The position numbers and the translations under genes are program-made. Shown one piece after another: positions 7,200 to 14,461 of a stretch of 32,000 bases of DNA (positions within the stretch are counted from its first letter, which is position 1; every line of letters starts with the position of its first letter). The notes under the pieces were generated by a model. The model did not search any database and was not told the origin of the DNA. It saw nothing but the letters and a program-made list of their open reading frames with translations. The stretch is from Vibrio alginolyticus NBRC 15630 = ATCC 17749. Its GTDB lineage: Bacteria; Pseudomonadota; Gammaproteobacteria; Enterobacterales; Vibrionaceae. The stretch is from the NCBI RefSeq assembly GCF_000354175.2, contig NC_022359.1, positions 450,001-482,000 of the forward strand, given 5' to 3'.

Positions 7200-8426
7200 A
7201 TGAATCAGGTAATATCTATCGGCCCACAGGAGTCGTTCCTCGTCGCAATTTGCGTGTTGTTTTTAGGGCAGTTCATCAATACCAAGTTACCAACCTTAAA
7301 AAAATTTAATATTCCAGAGCCAATTGTTGGTGGTCTAGTGGTCGCTTGCGTCATCACGACGATGCACTTAAATGGTGTGGATGTCTCCTTTGATTTACCA
7401 CTGCAAAACGTCTTTATGCTGATGTTTTTTGCAACCGTTGGCTTAGCGGCAAATTACACCCAACTGATTAAAGGCGGTGCGAAGGTTTTCATCTTCCTAG
7501 TTGTGGCATCGGTCTACATTCTTATCCAAAATGCGGTCGGCGTGTCCTTAGCAACAGCGTTGGGGTTAGATCCACTCATGGGGTTGATCGCCGGATCCAT
7601 TACGCTTTCTGGCGGACATGGAACTGGAGCTGCGTGGTCGCAAACTTTTCAAGAAATGTATGGTTTGCATAATGTTCTAGAGGTGGCAATGGCTTCTGCT
7701 ACATTTGGCTTGGTGATGGGCGGGATTATTGGCAGCCCTGTTGCACAAAAGCTACTAAACAAACACAACTTGGAATCGGAATACGGACGCACCAATCAAA
7801 GTCATCAGAGTTTCCCTGAACTGGTGACGTACAACGAACATGAGGAAGATCGTGTCACAGCGAAAAGAGTCGTTGAAAGCTTGTCCATCATTCTACTTTG
7901 CGTGACAGGCGCGAAGTATCTCGAGAGTTGGGTAAGCAGTTTTGACATCAAGTGGTTAATGATTCCCGATTTTGTTTATGCGCTGTTTATTGGTGTTGTT
8001 ATCACTAACATCATGGAAGTGACGAAGGCGCGCAAGGCTGATTTAGAAACCGTTGATATTCTTGGCACGGTTGCACTATCTCTATTTCTTGCCATGGCCT
8101 TGATGAGTTTGAAATTGTGGAATATTTTCGATCTTGCGATCCCATTCCTTATTATTCTTGCTATTCAGTCGGCAGTGTTGGCGATGTTCACTTACTACGT
8201 AACATTCCGCATGATGGGAGGCAACTACGATGCGGCGGTGATCGCTAGCGGACACTGCGGTTTTGGGTTAGGTGCTACACCGACTGCGGTCATGAATATG
8301 GGCTCCATCGTGAGTCGATATGGTCCATCACCACAAGCATTTATGGTGGTTCCAATTGTCGGTGCATTCTTCATCGACATTGTGAATTTAGTGATTTTGC
8401 AAGGATGCATCGCTTTTATTAAATAA
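7200..8426 (+). CDS. gltS: Sodium/glutamate symporter GltS (paralog 2)
   Basis: 408-aa ORF with AAGAGG 5 nt upstream. Collinear with the protein at 3395-4630; by eye roughly four of five residues are identical. Confidence 0.9.
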   Translation: MNQVISIGPQESFLVAICVLFLGQFINTKLPTLKKFNIPEPIVGGLVVACVITTMHLNGVDVSFDLPLQNVFMLMFFATVGLAANYTQLIKGGAKVFIFLVVASVYILIQNAVGVSLATALGLDPLMGLIAGSITLSGGHGTGAAWSQTFQEMYGLHNVLEVAMASATFGLVMGGIIGSPVAQKLLNKHNLESEYGRTNQSHQSFPELVTYNEHEEDRVTAKRVVESLSIILLCVTGAKYLESWVSSFDIKWLMIPDFVYALFIGVVITNIMEVTKARKADLETVDILGTVALSLFLAMALMSLKLWNIFDLAIPFLIILAIQSAVLAMFTYYVTFRMMGGNYDAAVIASGHCGFGLGATPTAVMNMGSIVSRYGPSPQAFMVVPIVGAFFIDIVNLVILQGCIAFIK

Positions 8427-8450
8427 CATTCGCTTTTTTACCGAAATAAC

Positions 8451-8484
8451 AAAGCCAGCACCTATACGCTGGCTTTGCTATTTG
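8451..8484 (+). terminator. Rho-independent terminator after gltS-2
   Basis: AAAGCCAGC-acctatac-GCTGGCTTT followed by GCTATTTG. Confidence 0.6.
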
Positions 8485-8580
8485 TAACACGAAATCTTGT
8501 TTGCCTGACTTCAAGCCGTGAAATCAATGCGTTACTATGACGACATAGTGTTCAATTTTGCAGCAGCATGAGGTACCCAC

Positions 8581-9447
8581 ATGTCTGAAAAAATATCGAC
8601 GTCGGCATTAGCGAAAATGCGCAAGGTAGAAGCTAAGCTGCTGTTTGCCGATCTCAAACGTGCAGGCTACATCGTTCGCCAAGATGAAAAGTGGATTTTG
8701 ACCGAAGAAGGGGCAAAGTTTGGCGGTGAGTATGTGGATCACCCTAAATTTGGCCAGTTCATCGTCTGGCCGACCAACTTACATATTGAGCTGACTCCCA
8801 GCTCAGGGAAAACATTGAGCGCGACACAACTGGGTGAAAAGCTGAAATTGAATGCGAAGCGCATGAACCAGCTTTTGAGTGAACTGGGTTGGTTGACCAA
8901 ATCCGAAGAGGGATGGAGTGTCACAGAAGCTGGTGTGCGCGCTGGTGGGCAGCAAAGAACCGATAAAGAAACACAAAATACCTTTGTCGTATGGCACGAT
9001 GTGGTGCTGCGTAACAAGCGTCTTAAGCAGTCTGTCATTGAGTTTTTAGGGCAAGACGCGGAGTCACATTCTACGGATAAATCGTACTCAAGCTTTCGCC
9101 AAAAATTTGAAGCCAAGCACCGAACATTAGATGGGCATTACGTACGCTCTAAGGGTGAGTTGCTCATTGACAACTGGCTGTACTTGGCTGGTGTAGTGCA
9201 CGCTTATGAGCGTCAGTTGCCGATTGACCAAGATGTCACTAGCGATTTTTACTTGCCAGGTGGCAAAGTCTATTTGCAATTTTGGGGAAGTGACGATGGG
9301 GAGATGGCTCAGGCCGACCGTGAGACCATTCGTACTGTTTATGAGCAGCATCATTTCAATCTTATCGAAGTCGAACCGAGTGAACTAGACAAGTTGGATG
9401 AAGTGCTTCCTAAGCGTCTTCGTCAGTTTGGTATTAAAGCTTATTGA
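8581..9447 (+). CDS. Uncharacterised protein: two tandem wHTH-like repeats plus a PD-(D/E)xK-nuclease-like C-terminal domain
   Basis: 288-aa ORF with GAGG ~8 nt upstream. Internal repeat: aa 8-67 vs aa 80-142 (LKRAGYIVRQDEKWILTEEGAKFGGEY...FIVW vs LSELGWLTKSEEGWSVTEAGVRAGGQQ...FVVW). C-terminus: SKGELLIDNWLYLAGVVHAYERQ...SDFYLPGGKVYLQFWG, which resembles the E...D...(E/Q) core of restriction-endonuclease-fold domains. Confidence 0.8.
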   Translation: MSEKISTSALAKMRKVEAKLLFADLKRAGYIVRQDEKWILTEEGAKFGGEYVDHPKFGQFIVWPTNLHIELTPSSGKTLSATQLGEKLKLNAKRMNQLLSELGWLTKSEEGWSVTEAGVRAGGQQRTDKETQNTFVVWHDVVLRNKRLKQSVIEFLGQDAESHSTDKSYSSFRQKFEAKHRTLDGHYVRSKGELLIDNWLYLAGVVHAYERQLPIDQDVTSDFYLPGGKVYLQFWGSDDGEMAQADRETIRTVYEQHHFNLIEVEPSELDKLDEVLPKRLRQFGIKAY

Positions 9448-9477
9448 CGACTTAAGCCCGCTGTTCAGATAAGAAAA

Positions 9478-9506
9478 AACCCGTGTTCAACACGGGTTTT
9501 GTATTT
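9478..9506. terminator. Bidirectional terminator
   Basis: An A-run, then AACCCGTG-ttcaa-CACGGGTT, then TTGTATTTTT, between the convergent 8581-9447 gene and nagB. Confidence 0.8.
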
Positions 9507-9537
9507 TTAGTGTATTTCTAGGCTGCCATCCTATGGG

Positions 9538-10338
9538 TTAAAAGCCTTTGATGTTTTCTGCTTCTAGCTCAGAGAAGTACTTCACTGTCTTCACTTTCAG
9601 TTCTTGTTGAGCTGGTTCGTCGCATACGATCACCGCTTTAGGGTGAAGCTGAAGTGCAGAAACTGTCCATAGATGGTTTACACAACCTTCCACGGCTGCT
9701 TCAAGTGCCTGAGCTTTGTTATGGCCAGTGACCAAGATCATCACTTCTTCTGAGTCTAGAAGCGTACCAACACCGATAGTCAGCGCGTATTTAGGCACTT
9801 GGTTGATGTCGCCGTCAAAGAAGCGAGAGTTCGCAATGCGAGTGTCTTCAGTGAGGGTCTTGATGCGAGTACGAGAAGAAAGAGATGACGCTGGCTCGTT
9901 GAACGCGATGTGACCGTCGTTACCCACGCCGCCCATGAACAGGTTGATCTTGCCGTAAGACTTAATTTTGTCTTCGTAACGCTTACATTCTGCGTCGTGA
10001 TCGTCTGTGTTACCGTTCAGTAGGTTGATATTTTCTTCTTGAATATCAATGTGATTAAAGAAGTTGTTGTACATGAACGAGCGGTAAGATTCTGGGTGAT
10101 CCGCAGGGATGCCAATGTACTCATCCATGTTAAAAGTCACGACGTTTTTGAAGCTGACTTCGCCGGCTTGGTAAAGCTCGATTAGGGCTTTGTAGGTTGC
10201 TAGAGGAGTGCCACCAGTTGGTAGACCCAGAACGAATGGACGCTCAGCAGTAGGTTTAAAGTCGTTGATACGCTTAGCGATATGCGCAGCTGCCCACTTA
10301 CCTACTTGTGCTGCTCGAGTTAACGGGATAAGTCTCAT
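9538..10338 (-). CDS. nagB: Glucosamine-6-phosphate deaminase
   Basis: 266 aa. [24 protein letters not shown]...[22 protein letters not shown]...FNMDEYIG...[10 protein letters not shown] is collinear with E. coli NagB. Confidence 0.95.
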   Translation of the reverse strand: MRLIPLTRAAQVGKWAAAHIAKRINDFKPTAERPFVLGLPTGGTPLATYKALIELYQAGEVSFKNVVTFNMDEYIGIPADHPESYRSFMYNNFFNHIDIQEENINLLNGNTDDHDAECKRYEDKIKSYGKINLFMGGVGNDGHIAFNEPASSLSSRTRIKTLTEDTRIANSRFFDGDINQVPKYALTIGVGTLLDSEEVMILVTGHNKAQALEAAVEGCVNHLWTVSALQLHPKAVIVCDEPAQQELKVKTVKYFSELEAENIKGF

Positions 10339-10712
10339 TTTGTGCCCCTAGTTATTGGAATTGACGATGTACTGAAACATTAATTCGCATTATAAAATAA
10401 GTAATGGCGAACTGCTATTGTTTTAGGTCAAAATTTTGCTTTTTCTTTAACCAATGTTGGTTTTGTCGACGATTTTTATATCTAAATGCTTTTATAAGAC
10501 GATTTTTTACAAAGAAATTGCATTATGAAACTGACGAATCAATAGATAAAATTTATGATCTAAATTAAGTTCTGCCTTCGCACTTAACCTTGTTTTTTAA
10601 CAACCTACAGAGTGCGAAATCGCACACGAACTTCAAATATTATGGGTTAGATATGGCATGGCGCTCATTCTTTAACCATAATTGAAATGTGTAAACCAGT
10701 GAGGAATTCGGT

Positions 10713-10964
10713 ATGAAAAATGAGTTAGATCCGAGCAAAGTACTACAGGCTTACGAATGTGTGATGAACAACGGTACGCCAACCGAATTTGGTAAAATGT
10801 ATGAAGGTGTAGAAGCGTTTTCTGACTACGATGGGTACAACGTTTTCTTGAGAGGGAATGGTGTTGAGCTAAAAATTGGCTTCCACAACACCTATCACTT
10901 GGAATATGACCAAGAGCATTTGAAAGAGAGCTTTCTGAAAAAGATTGCGACGCTCGCCAAGTAA
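10713..10964 (+). CDS. Small hypothetical protein (83 aa)
   Basis: ORF with GAGGAA 6 nt upstream of the ATG and a hairpin downstream. I recognise no motif. Confidence 0.6.
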   Translation: MKNELDPSKVLQAYECVMNNGTPTEFGKMYEGVEAFSDYDGYNVFLRGNGVELKIGFHNTYHLEYDQEHLKESFLKKIATLAK

Positions 10965-10984
10965 ACGGTCATCACCCAAATATT

Positions 10985-11019
10985 AAAAAAGCCCTTGGGA
11001 GAATGCCCCCTTGGGCTTT
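10985..11019 (+). terminator. Possible terminator after the 83-aa ORF
   Basis: AAAGCCC...GGGCTTT outer stem with an inner GGG/CCC pairing. Imperfect, with a short U-tract. Confidence 0.3.
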
Positions 11020-11111
11020 AGGAGAAGAAATGAGCTTGTCTTGCTCGCTCAGTAAAGTCAAACGAGCTTTCGCCTACTGCTAGAAAAAGGCGAGAACTAG
11101 GTTATTGGTTA

Positions 11112-11465
11112 TTAATCGTCTTCAACCAAACTCTCTTCAATGTATTCTTCTGTGGCGTCAGGCTTGTTACGACCATTTAGCGTATGGAAGCGCTTGCGAC
11201 CACGAGCAAGTTGGGTGTACTTTAGCCACGTACGCTCAAGTTTTGTTTTTGCTTTGCCCGGGTTTTCTAACACCTTGATGAAGTGTTTCTCTTCGCTGTT
11301 TTCAGGTGTTAATTCGCCTGACTCTAAGCCAAGCATTGTATCCCCATAAATTGTTAGGATTTCCTCTTCTGAAAGAGTAAAATCGCCAGACTTTGCAAAG
11401 CCGCGTGGGAATTTTACGTTATCGTAAAAACGTTTTTTGCCATGACGGAATTCAGTGTCAGACAT
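11112..11465 (-). CDS. maoP: Macrodomain Ori protein MaoP (YifE/DUF413 family)
   Basis: Track ORF is 11112-11537. I moved the start to ATG 11465 (MSDTEFRHGKKRFYDNVKFPRGFAKSGDFTLSEEE...RFHTLNG...). It is collinear with E. coli YifE and divergent from an HdfR-like LysR gene, as in E. coli. Confidence 0.8.
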   Translation of the reverse strand: MSDTEFRHGKKRFYDNVKFPRGFAKSGDFTLSEEEILTIYGDTMLGLESGELTPENSEEKHFIKVLENPGKAKTKLERTWLKYTQLARGRKRFHTLNGRNKPDATEEYIEESLVEDD

Positions 11466-11585
11466 GTCAACAGCCTCTGTAACCGTTATTGATGAATGTA
11501 GTGAACTTACGGCGAAAATTAGGCTTAAATCTAACAAAAGAAAAACAAAACTTTTTTGTCGTCATGATTTTAATTAGTTGTTAAT

Positions 11586-11604
11586 CTGGTTTTATATTAA
11601 CCAG
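11586..11604. promoter_or_regulatory. Inverted repeat CTGGTT-N7-AACCAG in the maoP-hdfR divergent region
   Basis: 6-bp arms (11586-11591 and 11599-11604) just upstream of, and overlapping, the hdfR RBS. Could be a LysR-type T-N11-A-like site; function unknown. Confidence 0.3.
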
Positions 11605-11614
11605 GAGATGGTTT

Positions 11615-12508
11615 ATGGATGTAAAAGTCTTTCGAACATTTTTAGAGCTGGCAAGAGTTCGTCACTTCGGACGTGCTGCTGAGAACCTTTATATTACCCA
11701 AGCCGCTGTGAGCGCACGTATCAAACAATTGGAAAGTTACTTCGATACGCAATTGTTTATTCGTGATCGAAATAACATAAAGTTGACCTCTGCAGGTGAG
11801 CGCTTAATCAGCTATGCCGAGGTAATGGTCACTACATTGCAACAAGCGAAGCTAGAATTATCGCTTGAAGATGGCAAAGCGCTGCAACTAACGTTAGGTG
11901 GCACGCCAAACATTTGGGACGCTTATTTACAGAATTGTTTAAGTGTCGTCACAGATTCGTTTGGTGGTTATGGCTTCATGGCAGAAGTGATGGGACGTGA
12001 GATGCTCAGTCGTAGCTTGCTAGAGCGCACGTTAGATATGGCATTTGCGTTCGATCAGATCAAAGCTGATGAGCTTAACTGTAAAAAAGTGGCGGATGTT
12101 GTTCTCGTTCTGGTATCAACTGAGAAAGATTCTTTAGATACCGTTTTCGAAAACAAATATGTGTACGTTGACTGGGGGACGCGTTTCTCCTCAGAGCATT
12201 CTGAGCGTCACCCTAAGATTCCGGCTCCATATTTACGCACTTCAACAGCGCGTATCGCATTGGACTTTATTTTAGAGAAGGGTGGAGCCGCGTACTTACC
12301 AATCTCTCTCGTGGAGCCATTTATCGCTAATGGGCAGCTTCACAAGGTGTCTGGAGTAGAAGATTGGTGTCGCCCTATCTATTTGAGCTATCGTAAAGCT
12401 AGCTCGTCTGTAGACGCGATTAAGCAAGTGGAAGAAATTGTCAAAGAGATCGATCCACTGACCGCTTACAGTTTTCAGCAAATTGGTTCTGGCACTTCCG
12501 ACGAATAG
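11615..12508 (+). CDS. hdfR: LysR-family transcriptional regulator HdfR
   Basis: 297 aa with AGGAG 8 nt upstream. The N-terminus (FRTFLELARVRHFGRAAENLYITQAAVSARIKQLE...RNNIKLTSAGERLISYAE) closely tracks E. coli HdfR, and the divergent maoP neighbour is conserved. Confidence 0.75.
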   Translation: MDVKVFRTFLELARVRHFGRAAENLYITQAAVSARIKQLESYFDTQLFIRDRNNIKLTSAGERLISYAEVMVTTLQQAKLELSLEDGKALQLTLGGTPNIWDAYLQNCLSVVTDSFGGYGFMAEVMGREMLSRSLLERTLDMAFAFDQIKADELNCKKVADVVLVLVSTEKDSLDTVFENKYVYVDWGTRFSSEHSERHPKIPAPYLRTSTARIALDFILEKGGAAYLPISLVEPFIANGQLHKVSGVEDWCRPIYLSYRKASSSVDAIKQVEEIVKEIDPLTAYSFQQIGSGTSDE

Positions 12509-12533
12509 CGTTGAATGAAAAGTCAGAAAAACG

Positions 12534-12571
12534 AAAAAGCCGCCTTGAGAAATCAAGGCGGCTTTGTTTTT
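12534..12571. terminator. Bidirectional terminator
   Basis: AAAAA-GCCGCCTTGA-gaaa-TCAAGGCGGC-TTTGTTTTT between the convergent hdfR and pirin genes. Confidence 0.9.
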
Positions 12572-12589
12572 ATCTCGATGAATCGATAG

Positions 12590-13285
12590 TTATGGTAAGT
12601 CAAACAACAGGGCTGTTGTGCTTTCGTTTGATGTATTGCGCAAAACAACCTTACTCTGGTGTTCAACCTTCGCGCCGTCGCCAGCCGTCAAAGTGGTATT
12701 GTCGACACTAAGGCTCCCAGTCACTTGATGGATGAATAGATTTCGGCCCGACTCAATCTCAAAGTTTAGTTCGCTACTTGGCTCAAGAATTAACTGATGC
12801 AAAGTCGCATCTTGCTTAATAAGTAGCGTGCCGTTTTCTCCAGTTGGAGTTGCGATAGTCGTTAACCCAGGATTGCGACCAAAATCTTTTTGCTGATAAC
12901 CTGGTTTGGTTCCAAATGTGTTCGGTTGAATCCAAATCTGTAGAAACCGCAGCGTATCTTGGTTCGATGCATTGTACTCACTGTGGTAAATCCCTTTCCC
13001 TGCCGACATGAGTTGGAATTCACCTGCAGGTAGTGTTTTGACGTTACCTTCACTGTCTTTGTGTGCGATAACACCTTCCAACACATAGCTGATGATCTCC
13101 ATATCACGGTGGCCATGTGTATCAAAACCCGCGCCAGGCTTGACTACATCGTCATTAATGACTCTCAGCTCAGAAAAGCCCATATGTTGAGGATCGTAGT
13201 AGCTACCAAAAGAAAACGTATGTTTGCTATCAAGCCAGCCAAAGTTTGCTCGACCTCGGTCTGCTGCATGTCTTACCGTAATCAT
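12590..13285 (-). CDS. Pirin-family protein (YhhW-like, quercetin 2,3-dioxygenase type)
   Basis: 231 aa. Cupin metal-site pattern FDTHGHRDMEIISYVLEG...H...E. AAGGAGG RBS 4 nt upstream. The start lies 9 nt after the doxX stop, so the two are probably an operon. Confidence 0.85.
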   Translation of the reverse strand: MITVRHAADRGRANFGWLDSKHTFSFGSYYDPQHMGFSELRVINDDVVKPGAGFDTHGHRDMEIISYVLEGVIAHKDSEGNVKTLPAGEFQLMSAGKGIYHSEYNASNQDTLRFLQIWIQPNTFGTKPGYQQKDFGRNPGLTTIATPTGENGTLLIKQDATLHQLILEPSSELNFEIESGRNLFIHQVTGSLSVDNTTLTAGDGAKVEHQSKVVLRNTSNESTTALLFDLP

Positions 13286-13294
13286 AAGGCCTCC

Positions 13295-13738
13295 TTAAGA
13301 GAGCTTTTTGTTTAATAAGTTATCTAACGCTGCTTTACCTGCGCCAGAGAACGCCAGAGAAACGCTCGCTGCCAGTAATGCCAAGCCAAACTCGTAACCG
13401 TTGTTTGCCATGAACAGGCCATTCTCAAAGTGGACAGAGAATATCGCTACCACCATCGTGAACGCCAAAGCAACCGCTGCTGGTCGAGTTAGCAGACCAA
13501 GTAAAATGAACAAGCCGCCAAAGAACTCTGCGCTGCCCGCAAGTAACGCCATGAGTACGCCAGGACCTAAACCGATAGATGCCATCCACTGACCTGTGCC
13601 TTCTAGGCCGTAGCCACCAAACCAGCCAAATAGTTTTTGTGCGCCGTGCGCCATAAAGATAATGCCGATTGGAACGCGAAGTGATAGTGCGCTGTAACCT
13701 GCGTTTGATGTGGTAATTTTCTGTAATAGTGCTTTCAT
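13295..13738 (-). CDS. DoxX-family membrane protein
   Basis: 147 aa with four hydrophobic helices and a DoxX-type motif (FMAHGAQKLFGWFGGYG). AGAGGA RBS. Confidence 0.8.
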   Translation of the reverse strand: MKALLQKITTSNAGYSALSLRVPIGIIFMAHGAQKLFGWFGGYGLEGTGQWMASIGLGPGVLMALLAGSAEFFGGLFILLGLLTRPAAVALAFTMVVAIFSVHFENGLFMANNGYEFGLALLAASVSLAFSGAGKAALDNLLNKKLS

Positions 13739-13988
13739 GATTCTGTCCTCTGACTCTTTTCAATGAGTGGGAAGCGTGTGCTCCCGTGCTGTTGAGAACA
13801 GTTTAGGTAGAGGCGAACATAAAAATAACGGGAGGATTTTGATAAACTCGTTCTAAAAAATTGAATGATTGGTTTTTATTTATTTAAATCAATGTCTTGA
13901 TTTTTATATTCGGGTGTTTATTTGCCGATTATTGTCTGTTTTAAATCAAGGTCTGTCATTATTTTCGATAAACATTTTTGCTGTTAAA

Positions 13989-14016
13989 CAAAAAAAGAGC
14001 ACATGTACTGTGCTCT
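13989..14016 (-). terminator. Rho-independent terminator of the 67-aa ORF
   Basis: The minus strand reads AGAGCACA-gtaca-TGTGCTCT-TTTTTTT. Confidence 0.7.
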
Positions 14017-14063
14017 ATTGCTTTCGCTTTTAACAAGGGAGAAAGGTGAGTTAAAGAAAACCG

Positions 14064-14267
14064 TCAGAGGTTCATTAAGCTCTCTAATGACTCCTCTACA
14101 TTGTTGTAGTGATAAGTTCGAATATTACGTCCATCCGTCGCATTAATCTGAATTTCTGAGATCTCGTTATCTGAGTCTCTTTCGATAATTCCAATAGAAT
14201 GATCTACGGATTTACTGGTAATAACCTTTTGGTTTCTTAATACAATTACGCAAGTATGTAAGTCCAT
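14064..14267 (-). CDS. Small hypothetical protein (67 aa) in an AT-rich segment
   Basis: Track ORF is 14064-14339. I moved the start to ATG 14267 (MDLHTCVIVLRNQK...) with AAGGGA upstream. Its own terminator lies at 13989-14016. No recognisable motif. Confidence 0.45.
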   Translation of the reverse strand: MDLHTCVIVLRNQKVITSKSVDHSIGIIERDSDNEISEIQINATDGRNIRTYHYNNVEESLESLMNL

Positions 14268-14461
14268 GCCAATTCCCTTTAGCCGACGTTGTTGTGATGT
14301 TCTGGATCTAACTTTAGTGTACAAAAGCGCTAATGCCAATAAATCTCAATATTGAGTTCCGAAAATGGCTAATTGTGGGCGCTTAAGCAAGCTACAATAA
14401 CACTATATTGAACGATGCCTATGAACAATAAATGACAAAAGGCATGAGCAAGGAAAGCACT

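Noticed and set aside
8060-8075. TGGCACGGTTGCA resembling a sigma54 -24/-12 element
   Set aside because: The spacing is wrong (GG and GC elements too close) and it lies inside the gltS-2 coding sequence.
10339-10712. Possible NagC operators upstream of nagB, e.g. TTAATTCGCATTATAAAATAA near 10380 and the palindrome GTGCGA-AA-TCGCAC at 10612-10625
   Set aside because: I cannot reproduce the NagC consensus reliably from memory. The palindrome lies ~275 bp from the nagB start and closer to the 83-aa ORF. There is too little support to call a site.
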